From Wigglesworthia glossinidia endosymbiont of Glossina morsitans morsitans (Yale colony) (lineage in GTDB: Bacteria > Pseudomonadota > Gammaproteobacteria > Enterobacterales > Enterobacteriaceae), in the NCBI RefSeq assembly GCF_000247565.1, contig NC_016893.1, positions 480,001 to 512,000 on the forward strand: a stretch of 32,000 nt of DNA. Direction: 5' to 3'. Positions 20,905-29,920 of the stretch are shown piece by piece. Under the pieces are notes generated by a model. It ran no database searches, had not been told where the DNA came from, and saw nothing but the letters and a program-made list of their open reading frames with translations. The number at the start of each line of letters is the position of its first letter. Position 1 is the stretch's first letter. Made by a program: the position numbers and the translations under genes.

Positions 20905-21390
20905 GTGAACTTAAAAAAAGCTATATTACCAGGAACATTCGATCCTATTACTAATGGGCATATTAATTTAATTAATCGTGCCATTAAAATATTCGATTAT
21001 ATTTTAATATTAGTTGCAAACAATTTTAAAAAAAAACAATTGTTCAATTTAAAAGAACGCGTTTTGCATGTAAAAAAAGCAACGCAACACTTGTCAAATG
21101 TTCAAGTAATAAGCATTAGTACATTAACTATGAACTTTGCAAAAAAAAAAAAATTCAATGTTATAATTCGAGGATTACGTAATATATTTGATTTCGAATA
21201 CGAATTAAAAATGTTAAAAATTAACAAATATCTTTATCCAGAAATAGAAAGTATTTTTATGATATCAGACGATTGTTGGTCACATGTATCGTCTAGTATG
21301 ATAAAAGAAATCATACATTACGGGGGTAATGTAGATTTGTTATTACCAAAATACATTGTGCAAGAAATAAAAACACGTATTCAACAATAG
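20905..21390 (+). CDS. coaD: Phosphopantetheine adenylyltransferase
   Basis: 161 aa from a GTG start; AILPGTFDPITNGHINLINRA, VIIRGLRNIFDFEYELKM, SSSMIKEIIHYGGNV. Confidence 0.96.
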   Translation: MNLKKAILPGTFDPITNGHINLINRAIKIFDYILILVANNFKKKQLFNLKERVLHVKKATQHLSNVQVISISTLTMNFAKKKKFNVIIRGLRNIFDFEYELKMLKINKYLYPEIESIFMISDDCWSHVSSSMIKEIIHYGGNVDLLLPKYIVQEIKTRIQQ

Positions 21391-21401
21391 AAATGTAAAC
21401 T

Positions 21402-23057
21402 CTAAACTATTTTCCATTTTTTAGATAAATGTGTTATTAAATTAAATATTAAATTTTTATTATTATTATACTGATCAGCAAAAAAATACCCTATACGTTC
21501 AAATTGAATTGGATATTTAATATGATTTTTTGTTATGCTATTTTCTATCACGCCATGATAAATTTTTAAAGAATTAGGATTTAAAAAAGATAGAAAATCT
21601 TTTATATTATCCGGATTGACATGAGTAAACAAATTTTGATAAAACCTAAATTCAGCAGGGATATTATTTTTAGCCGAAACCCAATGAATAACTCCTATTT
21701 TATTAGAATCTTTCAATTCTGAATTTTTATCATACTTTTTATAACACGTACAAAATATAGTTTTAATTTCTCCTGTTTCATTTTTTTCAATACGATTTGC
21801 AATTATCACATAAGAATGTCTCAGTTTTACTTTTTTTCCTAAAGACAAACGCTTGTATAAAATATTTTGTTTTTCAGAAAAATCTGATCGATCAATATAT
21901 ATTTTTTTATGCAAAAAAATTTTTCTTTTTCCCATATTATGGTTGTTAGGATGATTAAAAACTTCTATAACTTTTTCATATGTATCTGCAAGATTTTCTA
22001 GTATTAACAAAACGGGATTTATGACTGCCATAAATCTGATTGCAGTTACATTTAGTTCTTTTTTGATACAAGATTCTAACAATGATATATCAATTATGTT
22101 ATTTTGTTTAGTAATTCCAATTAGATTGCAAAATGCGCGAATAGATGATGGCGTATAACCTCGTCTTCTTAATCCAGAAATAGTTGGCATTCTGGGATCA
22201 TCCCATCCATCTACAATATTATTTTTTACTAAAATTTTTAATTTTCTTTTAGACATTACAGTATACTCTAAATTTATTCGAGAAAATTCATATTGTTTTG
22301 GCAAAAACTGTATTGAAACGTTTTTTAATATCCAGTTATATAATTGTCTATTATCTTGAAATTCTAAAGTGCATAAAGAATGTGTAATTTCTTCAATTGC
22401 ATCTGAAATACAATGACTAAAGTCATACGTAGGATAAATGCACCATTTATTTTTTGTATGGTGATGACTTCTAAATCTAATTCTATACAAAATAGGATCT
22501 CTCATAATTATAAAAGGAGATTTCATGTCAATTTTAGCACGTAGACACGCAGAACCTTCAGTAAAATTTCCATTACGCATTTTTTCAAATAAATATAAAT
22601 TTTCTTGTATGCTTCTATCTCTATAGGGACTATTTTGACCGATTTTAGTCAATGATCCACGATATTTACGAATTTCATCTGAAGAAAGTTCTTCTACATA
22701 TGCCAAATTTTTCTTGATTAATTCTATCGCAAAATAATATATTTTATCAAAATAATCCGATGCATAACGCACTGTTCCGTACCATTGAAACCTTAACCAT
22801 TTTATATCATTTTTAATTGCTTCTATATATTTTTTATGTTGTGTTTTTGGATTAGTATCATCAAAGCGTAAATTGCATGTTCCTTGAAAATTTTTTGCTA
22901 TTTGAAAATTTAAACAAATTGATTTTGCATGACCTAAATGTAAATATCCATTAGGTTCAGGTGGAAATCTTGTACGAATTTTTATGCATTTTTTGGTACA
23001 AAGATCTTTATTAATAATTTTATAAATAAAGTTTGATGGTATTTTTTTTTTTTTCAT
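21402..23057 (-). CDS. glnS: Glutaminyl-tRNA synthetase
   Basis: [94 protein letters not shown]; probable start M at 23057 by alignment with E. coli GlnS (..TNFIRQIIDEDL); the track ORF extends to 23093. Confidence 0.96.
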   Translation of the reverse strand: MKKKKIPSNFIYKIINKDLCTKKCIKIRTRFPPEPNGYLHLGHAKSICLNFQIAKNFQGTCNLRFDDTNPKTQHKKYIEAIKNDIKWLRFQWYGTVRYASDYFDKIYYFAIELIKKNLAYVEELSSDEIRKYRGSLTKIGQNSPYRDRSIQENLYLFEKMRNGNFTEGSACLRAKIDMKSPFIIMRDPILYRIRFRSHHHTKNKWCIYPTYDFSHCISDAIEEITHSLCTLEFQDNRQLYNWILKNVSIQFLPKQYEFSRINLEYTVMSKRKLKILVKNNIVDGWDDPRMPTISGLRRRGYTPSSIRAFCNLIGITKQNNIIDISLLESCIKKELNVTAIRFMAVINPVLLILENLADTYEKVIEVFNHPNNHNMGKRKIFLHKKIYIDRSDFSEKQNILYKRLSLGKKVKLRHSYVIIANRIEKNETGEIKTIFCTCYKKYDKNSELKDSNKIGVIHWVSAKNNIPAEFRFYQNLFTHVNPDNIKDFLSFLNPNSLKIYHGVIENSITKNHIKYPIQFERIGYFFADQYNNNKNLIFNLITHLSKKWKIV

Positions 23058-23203
23058 TTTAAATTTGAAATTAGTTAAAAAAAATTTTGACAACTTAAAT
23101 TAGTTACTGCAAATAATATAATATAATTTTTATATGAAAATAAATTTCAAGTAAAAACTTATTTATTATATTTATTTTTTAAATAACTGAATTTTATAAA
23201 AAT

Positions 23204-23779
23204 TTATTTTTTATTTTTTCTAGAAACATATTCTCCAGTACGTGTATCTATTTTAATAATATCATCTTTTTGTACAAATAATGGAGCTTTTATAACTGCA
23301 CCAGTAATTAAAATAATTGATTTATTACTAGATTGTGAAGTATCTTTTTTTGATTGATTACGCGTGTCTAGAACTTTGATATTTATAAATCTAGGTAAAT
23401 TAATACAAATTGGATTTTGATTCCAAAATGTAACTGTACATTCGATTTGTTCTATGATCCATCTATTATTTTCACCTAGTATAGTTTTTTTGACATAAAA
23501 TTGTTCAAAATTCTTTTTTTTCATAAAATACCAGTGATTAGTATTTTGATAAATAGTTTTTGCAATAACTTCATGAATGTTAGCGGAAATACAATTTTCG
23601 TTTGATTTAAATATTTTGTCAACAATTTTTCCTGAAGTTATTTTTTTTAATCTTATACGATTAAACGGTTGACCTTTGCCGGGTTTTACAAATTGATTAT
23701 TTAGTACCAAATATGGTTCATGATTTAATAAAATTTTTAATCCCGAACGTAATTGATTTACGTTATAATAATGCGTCAT
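23204..23779 (-). CDS. efp: Elongation factor P
   Basis: 191 aa; YYNVNQLRSGLKILL, NNQFVKPGKGQPFNRIRLKK (modifiable Lys retained), VKAPLFVQKDDIIKIDTRTGEYVSR-like C-terminus. Confidence 0.96.
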   Translation of the reverse strand: MTHYYNVNQLRSGLKILLNHEPYLVLNNQFVKPGKGQPFNRIRLKKITSGKIVDKIFKSNENCISANIHEVIAKTIYQNTNHWYFMKKKNFEQFYVKKTILGENNRWIIEQIECTVTFWNQNPICINLPRFINIKVLDTRNQSKKDTSQSSNKSIILITGAVIKAPLFVQKDDIIKIDTRTGEYVSRKNKK

Positions 23780-23794
23780 ATATTTTATATACAG

Positions 23795-24832
23795 GTGAAA
23801 AAAATTAATATTGTGCTAAATAAAAAAAAATTAATTTTTAATAATCTTTGGTTAAAAGAACTTTCTGATTCTATCACAGATCCTTTAGATTTATTAAAAT
23901 ATCTTGGATTAGATCATAAACAACATTTACTAGATGGAATTCAAGCAAGCAAACTATTTTCATTTCGAGTTCCTAAATTTTTTGCTGATTTAATGGAAAA
24001 AGGAAATGAAAAAGATCCTCTATTTTTACAAGTATTTACTAGATATGAAGAAATTATCAAATTTCCAAAATTTGTTAAAGATCCTCTTCAAGAACAAAAC
24101 AATCAACATGACAATTATGGATTTATAAAAAAATATAAAAATCGTTTGTTAATTTTATTAACAGGATATTGCGTAATAAATTGCAGATATTGTTTTCGAC
24201 GACATTTTCCTTATTCTAAACATGCTTTAAATCAATCACGATGGGATATTATTTATCAATATATTAAAAAAAATAAAAATATAAATGAAATTATTTTATC
24301 TGGAGGAGATCCATTAATGGAGAAAGATAAGTCATTAGATAAAATTATTACTAATTTAGAAAATATTTCGCATCTAACTACACTGCGTATTCATACCAGA
24401 ATGCTTACTTTATTACCTAATAGAATAACTCAATTTTTATGCGAAAGATTAATATCTTGTTCGTTAAATACTGTTTTAGTCACACATATTAATCATCATC
24501 ATGAAATTAGTGAAAAATTTAAAAAAAAAATTAAATTTTTACATCACAGCAAAGTAATATTATTGAATCAAAGTGTACTGTTACGCAAAGTTAATGATAA
24601 TGCATTAACATTATTTAAATTACATCAAGCATTATTTAAAATCGGTATAATTCCTTATTATTTGCACATGTTAGATAATGTATTAGGAGCGGCACATTTT
24701 CATGTATCAGAATGTAAAGCAAAAAAGATTATGATAAAACTTTTAGAAATTTCTTCCGGTTATCTTGTACCTAAATTTGTTAAAGAAGTGCCTGGAAAAA
24801 AAAGCAAAGTATTAATAAATTTGGAGTTTTAA
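23795..24832 (+). CDS. epmB: EF-P lysine 2,3-aminomutase (radical SAM)
   Basis: CVINCRYCFRRHFPYSKHALN (CxxxCxxC), ILSGGDPLMEKD, LVTHINHHHEI, LLNQSVLLRKVNDN, PYYLHMLD; divergent to efp. Start reassigned to in-frame GTG 23795; the track ORF starts at 23753 inside efp. Confidence 0.93.
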   Translation: MKKINIVLNKKKLIFNNLWLKELSDSITDPLDLLKYLGLDHKQHLLDGIQASKLFSFRVPKFFADLMEKGNEKDPLFLQVFTRYEEIIKFPKFVKDPLQEQNNQHDNYGFIKKYKNRLLILLTGYCVINCRYCFRRHFPYSKHALNQSRWDIIYQYIKKNKNINEIILSGGDPLMEKDKSLDKIITNLENISHLTTLRIHTRMLTLLPNRITQFLCERLISCSLNTVLVTHINHHHEISEKFKKKIKFLHHSKVILLNQSVLLRKVNDNALTLFKLHQALFKIGIIPYYLHMLDNVLGAAHFHVSECKAKKIMIKLLEISSGYLVPKFVKEVPGKKSKVLINLEF

Positions 24833-25494
24833 ATATTTTTTTTATTTGGATTTAAAATAAGCAAGTTATGACTTGAATAATAATTTTTATTGTTTTTACT
24901 GACTTCTTTTGCTATACCAACAAACTTGCCTCCACGTTTAATCATAATTGTATGACATTGGCTAGTACCAAACAATTTACCGCATTTTAATATTTCTACT
25001 GTAGATGCTGTACATATTCCCTTTACTAAACCGTCAATAATAATATTTTTTGCAATTATATTTCCTTTAATTTTTCCTGTTTGTAAAACATAGACGGTAT
25101 TTTCTTTAGCTTGTATATTTCCGTGTATTTTTCCTGAAATATGAATATTTCCTTTTATTTGAACGTTCCCAATAAAAATAGTGTTTTTAGATAATACAGT
25201 ATCATGAATTTTTGAATACTGATATGTAACATTATTTTTTTCTTCAATTATTTTTGGGATATATATATTCTTATCTTGATCGTATTTTTTGTATATTGAA
25301 GATTTTTTATTATTACGAATTTTAAAATAATAAAATATAAAAAGAGATATCACGAGAGCAGATGTGAACGTACATAGTAATATGTTATTATTTAAGTATG
25401 CAATCAATGCCACAATCCATCCTGTCCAGATATAATTTAAAATAAAATCGTAGCTAAAATTTGATATTAATTTTTTTGTATTATTTTTTTTCAC
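24829..25494 (-). CDS. Bactofilin / CcmA-family polymer-forming cytoskeletal protein with N-terminal transmembrane hairpin
   Basis: 221 aa; hydrophobic segments YIWTGWIVALIAYL and LLCTFTSALVISLFIFYYF followed by a repetitive beta-helix-like GNVQIKGNIHISGKIHGNIQAKENTVYVLQTGKIKGNIIAKNIIIDGLVKGICTASTVEILKCGKLFG. Confidence 0.8.
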   Translation of the reverse strand: MKKNNTKKLISNFSYDFILNYIWTGWIVALIAYLNNNILLCTFTSALVISLFIFYYFKIRNNKKSSIYKKYDQDKNIYIPKIIEEKNNVTYQYSKIHDTVLSKNTIFIGNVQIKGNIHISGKIHGNIQAKENTVYVLQTGKIKGNIIAKNIIIDGLVKGICTASTVEILKCGKLFGTSQCHTIMIKRGGKFVGIAKEVSKNNKNYYSSHNLLILNPNKKNI

Positions 25495-25686
25495 AAAATC
25501 ATTTTTTTAATAAAATAAATGATTCATTTTTATTTAAAATGAAGTAGCAATATATTTTTTATAAATTGTAGTTGATAATTATATCTTATAAAGATAAAAA
25601 TTTATTTGTATTAAATTAACTTATTTTTTTTATTTTTTTCATTATACATAAATAGCAATAGGGAATCAAAAAAAATGTTAATGTAA

Positions 25687-26472
25687 TTAATTTTTTAAAT
25701 TTAAATTATTTTTAATGTCTAATAGTATTTCTTTTACAATATATGGATTTCCAGCCAAAATATTTCCAGAAACTAAATAATCGTGACCTCCAATAAAATC
25801 AGTTACTATTCCTCCAGATTCACGTATTAACAACTCTCCACCAACAAATATTTTTTTGATTTTTGACTTCATATTAAAAAACGCTGAAAAACGACCTGCT
25901 GCAACATATGCCAAGTCTAATGCTATAGATCCTGTGCAACGAAAACTTTGATATTTTAAAAATAACTGTTTTATAAAATTGCAATCGTGCTTATTTTTTA
26001 TAAAATCTGATGTACTTGATAAAATTGAATATGCTAAATTTTTATGTTTTTTAATTCTAACTCGATATCCGTTTAATTGTGCCCCTTTTCCTCGAATTGC
26101 ACTGAATAATTCATTTCTAATTGGGTCATATATCACTGCAATTTCTGTTTTTAAATTTACTTGCACCGCAATTGAAATAGAAAAATGTGGTAAATTGTTA
26201 ATAAAATTTTCGAAGCCATTTAATGGATCAACGATCCATTTTATTTTAGAAAAAAAACGTGGCTTATCATTTTGATAAATATTAAAAAATATATGTTTTG
26301 GATAAAATTTATTAATAATATTTTTAATTAAAAGTGCCGAAGTATGACTGACGTTTAATAAATTTTTATTATGTTCTATATTATTAATAGAAAATAACAT
26401 TCCATAGTTTTTATTAATTAACTTTCCTGCTTCTCTTACTGCATAAATAGCAATGTTAAGTATTGGATGCAT
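25687..26472 (-). CDS. suhB: SuhB, inositol-monophosphatase-fold protein with degenerate catalytic residues
   Basis: MHPILNIAIYAVREAGKLINKNYG, WIVDPLNGFENFINNLPHFSISIAVQV, VIYDPIRNELFSAIRGKGAQLNGYRVR, CTGSIALDLAYVAAGR, GGELLIRESGGIVTDFIGG; start assigned to the Met of MHP (track ORF starts at 26493). Confidence 0.92.
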   Translation of the reverse strand: MHPILNIAIYAVREAGKLINKNYGMLFSINNIEHNKNLLNVSHTSALLIKNIINKFYPKHIFFNIYQNDKPRFFSKIKWIVDPLNGFENFINNLPHFSISIAVQVNLKTEIAVIYDPIRNELFSAIRGKGAQLNGYRVRIKKHKNLAYSILSSTSDFIKNKHDCNFIKQLFLKYQSFRCTGSIALDLAYVAAGRFSAFFNMKSKIKKIFVGGELLIRESGGIVTDFIGGHDYLVSGNILAGNPYIVKEILLDIKNNLNLKN

Positions 26473-26785
26473 AATACAAATCTCTTTATACAAAAAAATA
26501 TTTAATGCATTAAAATAACTAAATTTTGAATAAAAAAATATTATTTTTATATTTTTAATATTTAAATTTAACTTAATTTTTAAATATTATTTATATGTTA
26601 CAAATATTTTTTTGTTTATATGTTATATTAAATAATATTTAATAATTTACATAAAATAATTATATTTTTAAAATAATACGGTATATTATAAATTATTTTA
26701 ACTTTAAATAAAATCTTATTAATGGTAATAATCAAAATTAATTATTAAAATTTAAGTTTGTATTGACTTGTATAGGAATAAAAAA

Positions 26786-27931
26786 GTGAAACTTCCAATA
26801 TATCTAGATTATGCATCTACTACTCCTGTAGATACAAGTGTATACAAAAAAATGTTATGCTACTTGAAATATAGCGGAATCTTTGGTAATCCAGCTTCAA
26901 AATCACATATTTACGGATGGCAAGCAGAAAATGCTGTGGAAAAATCAAGAAGAAGTATAGCAAATTTAATTTGTGCAGACACACGAGAAATTATTTTTAC
27001 TTCCGGTGCAACAGAATCTAATAATCTAGCAATTAAAGGAATTGCTTGTCTAAATAAAGAAAAAAAAATACATATCATTTCTGGAAAAACAGAACACTAT
27101 TCAGTTTTAGATACTTGCTATGCGTTACAGTCAAAAGGGATAGAGCTGAGTTTATTAAAACCTCAAAAAAACGGAATTATTTTACCTCAACAACTTAAAA
27201 AAGAACTGCGTAAAAATACTGTTTTAGTGTCTCTTATGCATGTCAACAATGAAACTGGAATTATTCAAGATATAGAATTATTTGGAAAAATCTGCCGTTC
27301 TTCAGGAATATTATTCCACGTCGATGCTACTCAAAGCATCGGTAAAATAGCAATAGATCTTCGTAAAATCCCAGTAGATTTAATGTCGTTTAATGCTCAT
27401 AAAATTTATGGACCTAAAGGAATTGGAGTATTATTTATACGCAGAAGACCTCCTATATATTTAAAAGCACAAATGCATGGAGGAGGTCAAGAAAATAGCT
27501 TCAGACCAGGAACATTACCTGTACATCAAATTGTCGGCATGGGAGAAGCGTGTCGTTTAATACAAAAAAAAATGCATGAAGAAAATAAAAAAATTGAAAA
27601 ACTTCGAAAGATTTTAATTAATGGAATACAAGAAAAAAATAAAATTATATTTAATGGAGATCAAGAAAATAATGTGCCGCATATATTAAATATATCGTTT
27701 CCAGGAATTGACAGCAGATTAATTTTATCTTCATTGAAAGATCTGGCGATTTCTACAGGATCAGCTTGTACATCAGGAGATTTTCATGAATCTCACGTAT
27801 TACAATCAATGGGCGTTAGTCGTTTGCTATCTAGTAATTCAATTCGTATTTCATTAGGAAGATTTAATTCTGAAGAAGAAATAAGATTTGCTGTTAATCA
27901 TATTAATAATATTATACCTAATTTAAATTAA
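26786..27931 (+). CDS. iscS: Cysteine desulfurase IscS, C-terminally short
   Basis: KLPIYLDYASTTPVD, TSGATESNNLAIKG, VSLMHVNNETGIIQDI, HVDATQSIGK, SFNAHKIYGPKGIGVL, TGSACTSGDFHESHVL; probable GTG start with upstream AGGA; the track ORF begins at 26768. Confidence 0.95.
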   Translation: MKLPIYLDYASTTPVDTSVYKKMLCYLKYSGIFGNPASKSHIYGWQAENAVEKSRRSIANLICADTREIIFTSGATESNNLAIKGIACLNKEKKIHIISGKTEHYSVLDTCYALQSKGIELSLLKPQKNGIILPQQLKKELRKNTVLVSLMHVNNETGIIQDIELFGKICRSSGILFHVDATQSIGKIAIDLRKIPVDLMSFNAHKIYGPKGIGVLFIRRRPPIYLKAQMHGGGQENSFRPGTLPVHQIVGMGEACRLIQKKMHEENKKIEKLRKILINGIQEKNKIIFNGDQENNVPHILNISFPGIDSRLILSSLKDLAISTGSACTSGDFHESHVLQSMGVSRLLSSNSIRISLGRFNSEEEIRFAVNHINNIIPNLN

Positions 27932-28024
27932 TCTTTAAAAAAAATTAATAAAAACAATATTTTTTATCAAAAATATAGATGCAAACAATTTAAAATAAAA
28001 TTTTTTTAAAATTAACACGTTACT

Positions 28025-28725
28025 GTGAAATTTAATATGAACTCAACAATTTTAACATGGGAAAATTTACTAAAAAAAGAGAAAAACAAAAGATACTTTT
28101 GCGATATTTTTAAATATATTCATATGAGAAGTGAATCAGGAATTAAAATATATCCTGAAAGAAAAAATATATTTAAAGCATTAAAATTGACACCAATACA
28201 TTCTCTGAAAGTAGTTATTTTAGGACAAGATCCATATCACGGTTTTAAACAAGCGGATGGTTTATGTTTTTCTGTACAAATTGGATCTAAGATTCCTCCT
28301 TCTTTAAAAAATATTTTTATAGAGATAAAAAATAATATACCATCTTTTACCATACCTAATAAGTATGGTTGCCTAAAAAATTGGGCATTACAAGGAGTAT
28401 TATTATTAAATTCAATTCTTACAGTAGAAGAAGGAAGACCTTCATCACATTCTGAAATTGGATGGGAATTATTTACAAATAAAATTATTAAAGATATTAA
28501 TCAATTTTGTAAACAAATAATATTTGTTTTATGGGGAAAATATGCAAAAAAAAAAGTTTTTTAATTAATCCTGATAAGCATATTATTTTGACTGCTTCTC
28601 ATCCGTCTCCGTTATCTGCTCATTCTGGATTTATTGGATGTAAGCATTTCTGCAAAATAAATAATATTCTTGTACATTTAGGGAAAAAACCAATAAACTG
28701 GAATATATCTAAAGCAATTTTTTAA
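28025..28725 (+). CDS. ung: Uracil-DNA glycosylase split by a frame change at the A10 tract 28546-28555
   Basis: Frame 1 (28025-28564): VVILGQDPYHGFKQADGLCFSVQ, GVLLLNSILTVEEGRPSSHSEIGWE, IFVLWGKYAKKK; frame 2 (continuing to 28725): SFLINPDKHIILTASHPSPLSAHSGFIGCKHF...INW. Together they give a complete Ung of normal length. Confidence 0.9.
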
Positions 28726-29870
28726 TTTTGATCGAAATATATTTTTGATAAAATTTCTTGATATATACAACATAAAATTTGTAAATCTCGAATTTTTACG
28801 CATTCGTTTTCTTGATGAATTGTATTATTCAATAAACCTAATTCTATAATTTGTTTGCTAATTTTATAAATAAATCTTCCATCTGAAGTACCACCCGAAT
28901 TTTTTATAGATGGAATAATATTTTGATATTTTTTAACTGAGTTTTTAACTATTTGAAATAATGATCCTTTTTTTGTTATAAAAGGATTACTATTTACATT
29001 GCATTTTATTTTATAAGTACAATTAAATATTTTTAATATATCTTCGATTTTCTTTTGAATAATAACTTTATTCGATTGTAGATTAAATCGAAAATTTAAT
29101 TTTAATAAAACTTGACTTGGAGTAACATTGTTAGATGATTTAAAATCACTTAAGATTTTCAAAAATTGCATACTAGTTTTTGGTAAATTACATTTATTGT
29201 TATCCCAAGATATTTGTGTTAATCGGGATATTATCAAATTGATTAAATAAATTGGATTTTTTCTAAAATTTGCATATGCGATATGTTCTTGTTTTCCGTA
29301 AATAGTAATATATATATCTAATGATCCTCTTCTACCATTTTTAATGATATCTCCGACTGATCTTTCTCCTGTTGGTTCTCCAATTAAACAGCAATCAATT
29401 TTTTCTTTTCTTTGCATTAAAATTTCAACAACTTTTTTAGTTCCATTTTGACCGGATCCTTCTTCATCAGAAGAAATTAAAAATGCTAATCTTCCTTGAT
29501 TAAAATTTTTATGAACACTAAAAAATTTTTTTGTAGCAACTAACATTGCAGATAATGCGCCTTTCATATCTGAAGCGCCTCTACCATATAAAAATCCATT
29601 ATTCAGAGTTGGTTCGAATGGAGGATATTTCCAATATTTTAAATTTCCGACATGTACCACATCAGTATGGCCTAAGAACAATAAAGTATATCCTGAACCT
29701 CGATAAGCCCAAATGTTTTGGGTGGTTCCAAATTGCATAATTTCAATTTTAAAACCTATATTAAGTAGGTAGTTAATAATAATTTTGTTACATCCAGCTT
29801 CGTTTGGAGTTAAAGATCGGCATTTTATAAGATTGTGCGTTAAATTAACAATCGGATCATGATATGACAT
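28722..29870 (-). CDS. dapE: Succinyl-diaminopimelate desuccinylase
   Basis: 382 aa in track; LLFLGHTDVVHVG, GRGASDMKGALSAML, LISSDEEGSGQNGTKKVVE, GEPTGERSVGD, GGTSDGRFI. Confidence 0.95.
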   Translation of the reverse strand: MSYHDPIVNLTHNLIKCRSLTPNEAGCNKIIINYLLNIGFKIEIMQFGTTQNIWAYRGSGYTLLFLGHTDVVHVGNLKYWKYPPFEPTLNNGFLYGRGASDMKGALSAMLVATKKFFSVHKNFNQGRLAFLISSDEEGSGQNGTKKVVEILMQRKEKIDCCLIGEPTGERSVGDIIKNGRRGSLDIYITIYGKQEHIAYANFRKNPIYLINLIISRLTQISWDNNKCNLPKTSMQFLKILSDFKSSNNVTPSQVLLKLNFRFNLQSNKVIIQKKIEDILKIFNCTYKIKCNVNSNPFITKKGSLFQIVKNSVKKYQNIIPSIKNSGGTSDGRFIYKISKQIIELGLLNNTIHQENECVKIRDLQILCCIYQEILSKIYFDQN

Positions 29871-29920
29871 AAGATAAAATTAATTTTGCTTTATTTTAAT
29901 AAACTATAAATATTTAAAAA

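Noticed and set aside
25979-29740. Plus-strand ORFs 25979..26275 (in suhB) and 29546..29740 (in dapE)
   Set aside because: Antisense shadows of conserved genes with no recognisable features.
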